The notes below the pieces were generated by a model. It saw nothing but the letters and a program-made list of their open reading frames with translations. It was not told where the DNA came from and ran no database searches. Positions 1-11,330 of a stretch of 29,794 nt of DNA are shown piece by piece. Numbering within the stretch: the first letter of the stretch is position 1; the number at the start of each line of letters is the position of its first letter. Where the stretch lies: positions 372,001 to 401,794 of the forward strand of contig JBDOQK010000028.1 of NCBI GenBank assembly GCA_040437565.1, written 5' to 3'. The stretch comes from Albugo candida. Lineage: Eukaryota. The position numbers and the translations under genes are program-made.

Positions 1-1206
1 ACTCGAAGACCAGCAAAATAATATTCTGCCATTTTTGACCCTATCAACGTATACGCAAGCGGCTGTGATGGAAGTAATCTAGCCATGCAGATAAGGCTGG
101 AACAAATTCAAATTCAATTGTATTCGAGACTAAAAGTTTGAGTCAATAGGTAGTCAGAGTTCTACAGTAGAAAACAAGCCGTATGCAAATTCGTTCTTTG
201 TAGGTTACCCAGAAATTGTACATTTATTAAGAAAACGAAGCAGTGGGACAACAGCTAATCAATGACACAGATGGCGTCACGCTGATATGATATCAGGAAA
301 GCTAAGGTTCCCTATGTCATTGCTTGCAGAATTTTATTCACAAATAGGGCCTTTATCGAGCGTCAACGAGCTTGACCGCAGTGAGAATTGTTACTTTACG
401 ACAAATAGGCACTGACTTCATATTTCCAAGGCTTCTTTACTTTAAACCTTGTGAAATTCCCACAACAAATTCGTCGAAGACCTTTAAACTTGAAGCATAA
501 TCGTCTTCGAGGTGATTGCACACACATAGCTAGCTACTCCAAAGCAAAGTAAAGCAAAACAGACCTTCAGTACATTACCTCAATTAAATGCGTTCAAATT
601 TCACAACAGATTCGTAAATGTCATTGTTTATGGGAATGACAATTTTTTGTTACGTTGCCAACACTCTGCGATTGCTAATATACCTCTAGCAATCAAAATG
701 ACGCAACGCCTCGATTTCTAGTTCCATAACCTTATCCAAGGTTTTCTATGAGAGCTTTTGTAGCTGATTGATTTCCCCCTAAAGTGCTCGGCCCGTTGCA
801 GGAAATGATTTCTTCATAATGTCGCTTACAATGCGCGTGGGATTAGGAAAAGTGAGCCGATGCTTTATTATCAACATCCTACCTGCGCTATCCAGTCCAT
901 CTGTGCAATGAGCGGGGATTGCGAAATCCGCTGATGTTTCTTCCTTCGTTACAAGTTTGCATCAAGTGTAATGTGCTACGACGACAACATTGTAGACAGT
1001 GTCTCGAACCCTTCCGACTGGCACTGCAAATAATGCAAGTAGTTTAATGCTCCATTTCCTTTTACTTCTCCTATGTTACCCAGGCTTTGCAACACGATAT
1101 GAAAGGTGATAAACTCTCAGAATGTGACAGTGCTTCAGACATGTAATTGATATAAGATTTGCAATTGAACGTGCGTTGGGTAACTTATTCGTTGGCACAT
1201 ATATGA

Positions 1207-4200
1207 TCAGGATCGCATCTGTGTAAAACTAGTCGACCCATTAAATGCCGAACTGGACGACTGACCAAAAGGTGAAGCTGCAGAAGCACCAAACCCGTTG
1301 CCAAAGCCTGTACCTGCCCCTTGCGAGGATGCAATGCTGCCAAAGCCAGTGCCAACAGAGCGAAAGGAGCCGAAGCCGGAACCAGTTGTCGTAGATGGCT
1401 TGGTAGTACTCGAAGCAAAACCGCCAAATCCACTCCCGCTTCGTTGCTGAAGAGTGTTCGTCCCTCCGAACACTGCCGTCGTTCCACCAAAGGAAGCAGC
1501 CGAGTTTCCTAATGTGGAGGAGGCTCCAAATACTGGCACTGCTGTATTTCTCGATGTCGATTCTGAGCCGAACACTGATCCCGACTGTGGGGTGAGTTGA
1601 GTCAAAGATTGCTTACCATACTTCTTTTCGAGTAAACCGAATAGCTCCGTCTCACGCCCACTATATTTGGCTAAAGTCGTGTCGACGTCCTTTAGTTTTC
1701 CGGGATTATACTTTTGATAGAACTGAACAAGTCTTTCGCGATGACTGCTAGTCGTTCCTCCAAATGGTTTACTTATGGCCATTGGCTGAGAGGGTTTACT
1801 GAAGGTAGATCCAGGTTCCGATGTCCCAAAATTCGCCATGCTGCTAGTGTTTGGTCTTGTATTTGACGAGTTTCCGAATGACGTCAGAAAAGCAGTGCCG
1901 GGAGCACCAGCTGTACTGGAATTCGTTGATGGTGATGCTTGTATCGGGAAAAAAGTGCTTGTGTTGCCAAATGGGCTCGAATTTGTCGAGTGCCGCAAAG
2001 GGGCTACCGTATTCGGCACGGATTCCACTTGAACTTTATACTTATTACTAAGGCTTCTGAACAATTCATCTTCTCTTCCTTTGTACTTGTTCAGTGTCTT
2101 GTCAACATCAGCCAACTTTGACGGATTGTGTTTTTCATAAAACTTGACTAACCGTGCTCGTACTTGTGGATCGATTCTTGTTGTAAACGCTTCAGTTTGT
2201 GCGTTGGGCTTAGCTATAGAGCTTGGTATCTCTTTAGCAACGACATGTACTGGATTGTTTGCTCCTGTCGTGGTCGTTGTCTTGCTCATGGCATTGACTT
2301 GCCATGCAGAGACGTCACCACTTGATGTAGGTACTTTGTTTGGGATCACACCGCTTTCGATAAACTCCTTGACCAACGTCTTCACATTCTGTCGAGTTGC
2401 AAGTCCGTAGGTCACGAACAAACTCTCCAAAAGCTCACTTTCGCGACCTCGATACTCACTCAGCTGTCTCGCAACATTTGCTACTTTTTCGCCATCGATT
2501 TTAGTGTAAAACGCTTCCAGTCGTTGACCAAAACCGATCGATGGCGCAACGGTAATTCTGTTCACACCTCCGACAATCGGTGCTAGTCGTATTGAGTCAT
2601 TTGAATTATTTTTGCTCTTTGCGGAAACATCAGATGAGGTACAGGAGTCGCCTTTCCTGATATTTCGATGCATTGTTGATTCCAAGGGTGATGATTGATC
2701 ATCTGAGTGAATACTTTTTGTGTGCGTATTGTGAGCTTGTTGCGTACCAGCAACACTGACGGATTTCTTAGCATTTTCTGGGTTAATTTTACCAAATTCG
2801 ATTTGTCTTGGAGTCGGGACTGGAGATGGGATCGTGATTCGTGCACTTGACATAAGCTTACTGACAATTTGATCGGGATCTTTCCGGATTATTGCAGAAG
2901 AGATACTCTTCTTTCGCATAACGACAGTAGGGCCCAACATCCGACAATTTATGCCACCGTTGCACAGCTTTGCAAATCGCTCATGCATTGCTGCAGTAGA
3001 ACGCTCTGCCTCAGCTAGCCGTCTCACCATCTCTTTCGTACTTTCTGCTTTATCGCTAAAGACATTCCCAATCGGAAGTGTGATTTCGGGAATGTGTTGG
3101 TCTTGAACATGCAATGCTTCTATCGCGAGTGATAAGTCGCACACTTTGTTGTACTCTGTCTTTGACTTCTCGTAAGTCTGTTTCAACACGCGAAACAAGT
3201 TCTCCGCACGAAACGACGAAATAATCTGGTCATTGTTAGTTGCTTCCTCTAACAAAGTGAGATGCTGCTCCAAGTCATGACAGCATCTATTGATTTCAGC
3301 AATTCTTGCTTTCAGTTTCCTTCGCATCTCTGAAGATTCCATATCTAACGGCTGCTCATTCATCAATTGCTTCCATTGGACATTCTGCAGACCCTGGAAT
3401 AGCTCATAGCCAAACGCGATTTGTTCATGAACTTCACTATCGCTCCCAATCACATAGAGAGTGTCATTTTCAATTTTTTGACGATTTTCATCGAGCGTAC
3501 TGACGTCACGACACAAAGTAATTATATTCTGCTTCAATTGCCTCACTTCAATAAGAGGCTTTGCCTGAGCAGCGGAATTTTGCCTTGCTACATGCTCAGC
3601 GTTCTTCGTGGACCGCTGGACAGATGTCTCAAAGTTGTTGACAAGCTGTGCCATGTACTGCATTATATCGGATTCTGTCTCACTCGGAGCTCCAGAATGC
3701 GCCCATTTCACATTGCTGATCTTCATATCCTGTGCTGTTGACTTTGAAATGACGATAAATGGAGATGGATCCTGGGAGGAATCTTGTGAAATTGCGGAAT
3801 TTGAATGTTGCGCGGCATATGCATCATTCTTCACCTTATAAGGCACTTGAGTCTTTGCTGAAGCATTGGGCGGATACATCAGCGTCAGAGCTTTAGGCTG
3901 TAAAGGTTTCGGCTTGACTGAGGTATCTGGTGGATAAGCGGATACAGCGAGCGCAGGAATGGTTGTAGTCCTAGATGAAGCAGACTTCGAAGCTTGTAAT
4001 AATGGAGGCTTGGCTTTCGTCGAGGTATCTGGTGGATAAGCGGATGCAGCGAGCGCAGGAATGGTTGTAGTCTTGAATGAAGCAGACTTCGAAGCTAGTA
4101 ATAATGGAGGCTTGGCTTTCGTCGAGGTATCTGGTGGATAAGCGGATGCAGCGAGCGCAGGAATGGTTGTAGTCTTGAATGAAGCAGACTTCGAAGCTAG

Positions 4201-7200
4201 TAATAATGGAGGCTTGGCTTTCGTCGAGGTATCTGGTGGATAAGCGGATGCAGCGAGCGCAGGAATGGTTGTAGTCTTGAATGAAGCAGACTTCGAAGCT
4301 AGTAATAATGGAGGCTTGGCTTTCGTCGAGGTATCTGGTGGATAAGCGGATGCAGCGAGCGCAGGAATGGTTGTAGTCTTGAATGAAGCAGACTTCGAAG
4401 CTAGTAATAATGGAGGCTTGGCTTTCGTCGAGGTATCTGGTGGATAAGCGGATGCAGCGAGCGCAGGAATGGTTGTAGTCTTGAATGAAGCAGACTTCGA
4501 AGCTAGTAATAATGGAGGCTTGGCTTTCGTCGAGGTATCTGGTGGATAAGCGGATGCAGCGAGCGCAGGAATGGTTGTAGTCTTGAATGAAGCAGACTTC
4601 GAAGCTAGTAATAATGGAGGCTTGGCTTTCGTCGAGGTATCTGGTGGATAAGCGGATGCAGCGAGCGCAGGAATGGTTGTAGTCTTGAATGAAGCAGACT
4701 TCGAAGCTAGTAATAATGGAGGCTTGGCTTTCGTCGAGGTATCTGGTGGATANNNNNNNNNNNNNNNNNNNNNNNNNNNNNNNNNNNNNNNNNNNNNNNN
4801 NNNNNNNNNNNNNNNNNNNNNNNNNNNNNNNNNNNNNNNNNNNNNNNNNNNNGTAATAATGGAGGCTTGGCTTTCGTCGAGGTATCTGGTGGATAAGCGG
4901 ATGCAGCGAGCGCAGGAATGGTTGTAGTCTTGAATGAAGCAGACTTCGAAGCTAGTAATAATGGAGGCTTGGCTTTCGTCGAGGTATCTGGTGGATAAGC
5001 GGATGCAGCGAGCGCAGGAATGGTTGTAGTCTTGAATGAAGCAGACTTCGAAGCTAGTAATAATGGAGGCTTGGCTTTCGTCGAGGTATCTGGTGGATAA
5101 GCGGATGCAGCGAGCGCAGGAATGGTTGTAGTCTTGAATGAAGCAGACTTCGAAGCTAGTAATAATGGAGGCTTGGCTTTCGTCGAGGTATCTGGTGGAT
5201 AAGCGGATGCAGCGAGCGCAGGAATGGTTGTAGTCTTGAATGAAGCAGACTTCGAAGCTAGTAATAATGGAGGCTTGGCTTTCGTCGAGGTATCTGGTGG
5301 ATAAGCGGATGCAGCGAGCGCAGGAATGGTTGTAGTCTTGAATGAAGCAGACTTCGAAGCTAGTAATAATGGAGGCTTGGCTTTCGTCGAGGTATCTGGT
5401 GGATAAGCGGATGCAGCGAGCGCAGGAATGGTTGTAGTCTTGAATGAAGCAGACTTCGAAGCTAGTAATAATGGAGGCTTGGCTTTCGTCGAGGTATCTG
5501 GTGGATAAGCGGATGCAGCGAGCGCAGGAATGGTTGTAGTCTTGAATGAAGCAGACTTCGAAGCTAGTAATAATGGAGGCTTGGCTTTCGTCGAGGTATC
5601 TGGTGGATAGGCGGAGGAAGAGGTTGTTGGTAAATGGGAAGTCGGCATATTTGCTTGCGACGCTGGAGATGTATCCAAATGGTTTGTCGAGGTCGACGAC
5701 TTTGACGATACGAATTCTCCTTTTATCGACACTTTCAACGCGCAGTTAGAGGCTGTCCCTAAGTTGGAAGTCGACAGCAGAGACGGTTGAGCCTTTGAAG
5801 AGGTATCTGGAGGATACATGGTGGGCGACACTTTCACCTGTGAAGAATCAACGTTGATGGAGGCACAAGAGGGGGCAAGGATGAAGTTTTTCGATAGGTT
5901 GTCAGCCGGGAGCCGAGGCACTTGAGCCTTAGCTGAGGTGTCTGGAGGGTACATTGCTGCCGATAATTTCGGCTTTGGAGCCTCTTCCTCTGTCGAGGTA
6001 CTCGGTGCATGTGTAACGATAGGAACTGCCGTGTCACATGATGCAAGTTCCTCATTGATGGAAAAGCACACTGAAGAGAGATACTTTTCATGCGGTGAGG
6101 TTACTTTGCCACATGGTCGAAGGCTCGCGACCGGGCTAGTCCCTGCTATTGGAGTGCTTACATCAGTAATTGTGCAAAATCCCGGTGACTTTTGACAGTC
6201 GTCGTCCTCACTATCTTCATCTTCGCTATCTTCTGCAAAGAGCCAGTTGGTATACCAGTTCACAAAGATGTCTTCCGGTAGTATACCATCCACGAGCAAG
6301 GGTTTTAACAATGGAAGATGAACTTCTTCACAATATGTAGATCCAAGCGCTTTGAAAAGTTGACTGAAGTCTTCTGAATGGATTGCGCCCAATTCCGAAA
6401 CTGTAGTTTGGAAAGCGTCCCGTGCTGCCTTTCCCGCCTCAACACGTTCTGCTTCTTCATCAGCGCTTTCATCTTCTTCAGCGAATTCATTATCACCATC
6501 TTGACCATAGGACTCCGATTGCGTGGACGGATTGTTTACCTTTGCAGAATCTTTTAGCTGTTTAGCTGCGACATTGGTACTGGGTGTTGCAGTGAGCCCA
6601 CTAAAATCGAAACCAATGTTCTGATCCGCCAGTGTTGCTATCGATTTTATAGAAGTTGAAGATAATCCAAACTTATATGGAGCTGCTGAATCTTTTGTTT
6701 CAAATTTAAAACCTGAGCACGAGCTGTCTGCACGCGTCACCTGAGATTGGTTTGGATTCGGTATTGTACACGCTACGCATCGAAGTGCCTCGGAGTTGTC
6801 ATTTTGTACTGAGCAGCTCGCGCATCTCCAACTTCCTTCTCTAGGCATAAATTGCGAGAGAGGATTCTTGCTTATTGGAACGTCAGTCGTATCAGAAGGT
6901 TTTATTTGTTCTTCTTGGAGTGACATTTGATTTATTGCGTGGGAGCTGTACCACGCTAAGAACTCTTTTTTCTTGATGCAACCAGATTCACGAAATTGTT
7001 GTTGTATTGCTTCAGCCGACAACCGTGTGGTCTTGCAAGATGCATTTAGCAAATTAACAAATTCGCCAGTTCGTGCAAAGGGAATTTCTTCAGTATCATT
7101 GACGTCAATTTCCTTGAATACTTGTAGTGCATGCGTACAGTCCTTTTCAGCGGCCTCGTCTATATCACTCGGCTGAGATTGTGCTTGACGTTTAAAAACA

Positions 7201-8737
7201 TCAATCTTGCCAGTTCGTATCCCTTGTTGCTTTAATAACTTCTTGTCTGGTTTGATCAAAAAACCAATTTCTTCCCCAAAACTGAGATCTACTAGTGCAA
7301 AACTGACTACTAGACCTGATGTCGTGACGCTTGAAAGAATGGGGCATGGTGGATAGAGACCTCGGTCTAAGTTAACTGATTTGCTAGAATTAAGAACGAG
7401 CTGTAGCCCGACTGGTAACGACTCATCATCATTCACATCCATCGGTAAACGTGCTTGATACTTCTCTTGTGGTTTCCAAACTTCCCAATCATTTGAGTCT
7501 GGATCAGCGACAAGAAGCTCGATATCGGCGCTGAGTGAGCATCCGACGAAGAACATTCGCCTATCCGAATAATAGGTAAGATCACTTAAGCAATGTCAGG
7601 AGAGTGATAACTTGCCATTCCTCGAGAAAACACGAGTAGTATTGATGTTTGCGACAATCCATTGCTTCTGTGAAGGCAACGACTTCGTCTAGTGCAATTA
7701 TTCTTCTGTGTTCGTACAGAAACGCTTGCACTACTTCTTCTTCTTGTGTAGTATTCAAGGCTTTGTATCCCAAAAACATAAGCTCCTTTTCGGCCCAGTT
7801 GATGTGATGAACTATGTATCACATATCCCTTATAGAAATACACTTTGAAGTTTTGGCAACGTACCAATAAAATTACCAATTTCAGTGTCGAGAGACTCGG
7901 GAGGGGCAATATGTTCTGAATTGGTGGAAATAGACGAGCGATCATATATCCATACATTTCCATCATTGCTACCAAGTGCAATTTGCTTCCCGCATGGACT
8001 CCAACATGCTACAGCAGCAACACATGAGAGATTGTAGCGGCAATAATTACATTCTAGAGCCCACCAGAAGTTGCCGAGATGGAGTCAATGACATCTTTAC
8101 CACCGTCCAAACGATACAAAAAAGTTTCATTTCCGCTCGTGACTGCTAATAATTCCATCTGCTCGTCATTTTGACAGTTCCAAGGACGCCATGCCATCTC
8201 CAATAAAGTATTCCCAAAGTGTGCGAGGAAAAATGTTGCTTCTGATTTCTTCGTCTGTAAAATGGCTGTCTCGTAAAAGTAAACATTCTGATTGCAAGCA
8301 ACGGCTAAGATTTGCTCATTATGCGAAAGCGATATGTAATACGGAGAAGAGGGTAGAGCAATTTCAAAACAATATGCAGATTTTGTGCGATCATCCTCTT
8401 TCTCTGTCAGCGTAGGAAGCGCTACATGCGTGACATTCAGTCCGTGATCCAATGCTTCATCTCGCGCTTTGAGATACTTTTGACACAGATTCTCAGTGAT
8501 TCTATACTCACACACCATAAAGCCTACAAATATATGGTTAGAATTTGCTCCGATCAGACGTATGGACTTGCCATTTCGAGAGCAAATGTAGCTCAATCCA
8601 GATCGATTTCCATGCTGGAAAAGCTGTACGTTTACGCAGTTGTTGAATTCTAGAACTTTCTCAACAAACTGGGAATCAAAGTCCAGACTAATGCGTCCTG
8701 TGTCCAACATCCGCACATGTTCCACATCACGGTCCAT
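1207..8737 (-). CDS. NUP214: Nup214/Nup159-like FG nucleoporin. Proposed exons (minus): 8737-8572, 8523-8065, 8008-7865, 7811-7616, 7560-1207 (last exon spans the N gap at 4753-4852). At least ~2425 aa if the gap is 59+102n nt.
   Basis: Splicing joins ORFs 8054-8758, 7582-7779, 4707-7556 and 1207-3879 in consistent phases (1,1,1,2). The spliced product gives ATSACWSPCGKQIALGSNDG and YSCFLEEWRMFFVGCSLSADIELL, resembling Nup214 propeller motifs (CWSPKGKQL; YIEEW...S.EV). It also has a central coiled coil and a C-terminal S/T/G-rich FG tail (GFGGF, SPFG, AFNGSTSFTQMRS). 3880-4752 is open and in frame with the 890-aa ORF. Confidence 0.85.
1618..2526 (-). repeat. Three dispersed ~40-aa helical modules RL..FY.K.(N)P.KL.DVD.TL..Y.GRE.ELF..L..KY (about 2407-2526, 2038-2160, 1618-1743)
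   Basis: Direct comparison within the 890-aa translation. Confidence 0.85.
3919..5610 (-). repeat. Coding tandem array, 102-bp unit (YPPDTSTKAKPPLLLASKSASFKTTTIPALAASA), about 15-16 visible units, interrupted by an assembly gap
   Basis: gaggtatctggtggata recurs at exact 102-bp spacing (4022, 4124 ... 4736; 4879 ... 5593). Only the edge units are diverged. Confidence 0.97.
6752..6840 (-). other. RanBP2-type zinc finger within the nucleoporin
   Basis: GSWRCASCSVQNDNSEALRCVACTIPNP fits W-x-C-x2-C-x3-N-x(6-7)-C-x2-C. Confidence 0.85.
7561..7615 (-). other. Intron 4 (55 nt, GC-AG)
   Basis: TG|GCAAGT...GATAG; removal bypasses a stop and yields FLEEWRMFFVG in frame with the 949-aa ORF. Confidence 0.8.
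7812..7864 (-). other. Intron 3 (53 nt, GT-AG)
   Basis: G|GTACGT...CATAG; restores frame (FIVHHINWAEKELMF). An alternative in-phase donor GTAATT lies 12 nt upstream. Confidence 0.75.
8009..8064 (-). other. Intron 2 (56 nt, GT-AG)
   Basis: G|GTGGGC...CTGTAG; removal bypasses a stop and creates SACWSPCGKQ. Confidence 0.85.
8524..8571 (-). other. Intron 1 (48 nt, GC-AG, in frame with no stop)
   Basis: ATG|GCAAGT donor, CTAAC branch point, TTTGTAG acceptor. Because it is in frame it could also be retained. Confidence 0.65.
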
Positions 8738-8770
8738 TCTTGATCTGCGTTTTTCCAAAAATACCGACTA

Positions 8771-8934
8771 AACCGGTTTGTTGTGAACGTGTGAGATTAC
8801 AGNNNNNNNNNNNNNNNNNNNNNNNNNNNNNNNNNNNNNNNNNNNNNNNNNNNNNNNNNNNNNNNNNNNNNNNNNNNNNNNNNNNNNNNNNNNNNNNNNN
8901 NNAACCAGTTTGTTGTGGACCTGTGAGATTACAG
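8771..8934. repeat. 32-bp direct repeat (3 mismatches) on either side of the N gap just upstream of the nucleoporin start
   Basis: aaccggtttgttgtgaacgtgtgagattacag (8771-8802) vs aaccagtttgttgtggacctgtgagattacag (8903-8934). Confidence 0.7.
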
Positions 8935-9149
8935 TACTAGCCAATCATCGCTTATGAGTTTCCTCTAACAGGATGATTCACTTAACATATACCGTATGCA
9001 ACTCGATCCTTTTTGATTGGCCAAACTACTATGAAATACCTCTACAAATTGATTATCATAGCCTCCAGTATATTTGTGTACAAAGCAAAAGCAGCACATG
9101 ACAATATCACTTTATACCGGACGCAGGATTTTTGAAGAATGCTATAATG

Positions 9150-11100
9150 CATCAAGTAGCGTCAAAAGCAATTTTGAATATACATGGCTTTAAAAAGGGC
9201 TTTGCAATTTTTGAAATAATTGCAGAATATGGGGAGAAGCTTTCTTTGAAAATGGCAGGAGCTTAACAAAATTAATATTTTTACGAAGGTCGATCCGCTA
9301 TCACTCATCTTTTTGTTCAAAAAATCCAGTGCAAATCCTAGCAATATTGAAAAGAGGGATACTGGCTGCTATAGCGACAGCGAAACAAGGGCTGATAATG
9401 AAGTTGAGTTAAAGCGCATCCAAAAGCCTGTACGATACATTGGCAATACAGAAAGAAGCCAAGGACAGCAGATTGACCTTACTTCTTCATTCTTCAAAAA
9501 CACACGATTATCGGAAAACTGGTAAAATTTTTCGACATGATGCGCCAATCTTCACTGCGAGCGTGACGTCTCAGAAAATGAAAATCATCAGTGCTGCGGT
9601 AACAGCACTGAATTGCTGAATCCGAACGAGAAGTACAATGCAAGTACAGAAACTGATCAGTAATACAATGGAATCAGCCAATGCTTAAATACCTCCCTAA
9701 GAATGATAGCGACAAGCAAACTCACATTGAGATTCACGCGCTGACACAGTACGATTTTTTAGGTTTTGCGCAATATCGAATGTCGTCTAGGTGGCATTAT
9801 GAGTGATCTCAGGTGATCAAAGACCGGCGCGGCCGATTCTTGCTAAGAGTCGAATGATACTGCCGGACTAGTAAGAAGAGCAACACCGTATTACAACGGT
9901 AATGAAAGAGACAAAAGTAATCAACCACATGCGGAGTCGCTCCTCTCCCGGGTTTGAATGATAAGGTAGCTGCATCGAAGCATCAAGTCGATGCCGCTTG
10001 CCAGTGTATTATGATCGCGTTTGATTCGGCTGACAGAGGCATCTTGCCGCGACCACAACGTTCGTCGGCGATCATCTTCCTTAACAAAAAAATAAAAGAA
10101 TTGATCTGGCTATTTAGAGCGCCATAATTCTTTATGTCAATCTGCGCGTACATTCAGATTTCGAGCGCATCGATTGCAGTGCTTTTGTAACAAAAGTGGC
10201 CTACCAAGAGAAGAAACGTTTGTGCGAGAACTTTCGATGGATTTTCTTACTCAGGACCTGTCAAACATACAAGACTTGATGTCGATCCTGGAGATAAAAC
10301 ATACGCGACTCTCTCGGATTTCAAGAAACAAGCTGGTAAAGGAGACAATTGGCATCTATACTTCGCATCGTAAAACGAAAGTACATCGTAGAATTTTTTT
10401 TTTAGCCACTAGGCTGGCCTTCGACACCGTGAACAAAAAAAATAGCGATGATTCAGGAAGATAGAACTCAGTACAGTACACCGCACCGTGTGGTTGACAA
10501 AAACATCTTTTCTCTAAGATTTGAGTAAGCCCTCAAGCTGAGATGAAGGACATGGGATTTGAAATGATGGCATGGCTGCTACAAATGTACTTTATTTAGG
10601 GGCGATTCGACACTGCTCCCGAAGTACCGAGTAAATTCCAACGCAACTCGAACATATCAAGTGCACTGGGATGGATCTAGTACGAAGCTTGGGAATTAAG
10701 CAAATTAACCATACTCTCTTTCAGTCAGACCATGTCGTGTACTCGCATTACCAATTCGACGTTACTGAGTCCCTAAGGCTTGATCATGTATCGGAATATT
10801 CCATTTAGCGAGAAAGCGACTAGTTTTGATCACTTCCCAGTGTTACAAAACAATAATGCCCCTCTTATGTTTCGATTAATTCCGGTGGAGCAGTACGATC
10901 TTGCTAGAATGTCTGACACAAGTCTTGCATTGGACGTCATAATTCAAGAAATACTGTCATTCAAGAAATACCGCCTCCGGAACCAGATAAACAACGGAAC
11001 TTTGAACACATATTCGAAAAAGCGCATCTACTGGCATTCAGTTGGAATACAAATTATCGCTAAACTCTCCATAGAGATGTCAAATCCACTTCAATAGGTC
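9150..11100 (+). mobile_element. Degenerate non-LTR retrotransposon (L1/Tx1-like) reverse transcriptase relic; boundaries approximate
   Basis: Ordered remnants across frames: MRSRSSPGF (SPGPDG-like, ~9929), CIMIAFDSADRGILPRPQRSSAIIFLNKK (~10005-10090) and GDKTYATLSDFKK (FLDFEKA-like, ~10290-10327). Many stops and frameshifts. Confidence 0.6.
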
Positions 11101-11196
11101 CGATGCATACCTATTATGGTCAACCTTCTTGGAATGAAAGACATAGAGACCTAGAGACGTCACTTATGTTTACCCACATATCACCATTACATTCAT

Positions 11197-11330
11197 AATT
11201 TAAGGAGCTGCTATCCGGACCCCCCCTCTCCTCACATATGTTCCAGTCCACTGCTATATGTACACCCCCCGTTAATAGCCAATTAAAAGTCTGGAATACT
11301 TCCTCGCGTCGCAAAACTGTCCGGACGTGT
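11197..11330 (-). repeat. Copy 1 of a G-rich dispersed repeat (blocks A, B, C), probably the end of a DNA transposon
   Basis: Reverse complement matches 17927-17984 (A), 17998-18019 (B, 22 nt exact) and 18945-18960 (C, 16 nt exact). Confidence 0.75.

Noticed and set aside
1-1200. Possible gene or TE remnant downstream of the nucleoporin
   Set aside because: No ORF of 60 aa or more before 1185 and no motif I could recognise
4707-4852. Apparent stop or frameshift dividing the 949-aa and 890-aa ORFs into two genes
   Set aside because: Artefact of the fixed 100-N gap; repeat phase implies 59+102n nt, which keeps one frame
3919-5610. 102-bp array as a CRISPR-like array
   Set aside because: No unique spacers; units are contiguous, a multiple of 3 and in frame within a eukaryotic exon
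1185-8653. Short overlapping and antisense ORFs within the nucleoporin gene
   Set aside because: Shadow frames of the main CDS with no recognisable motifs
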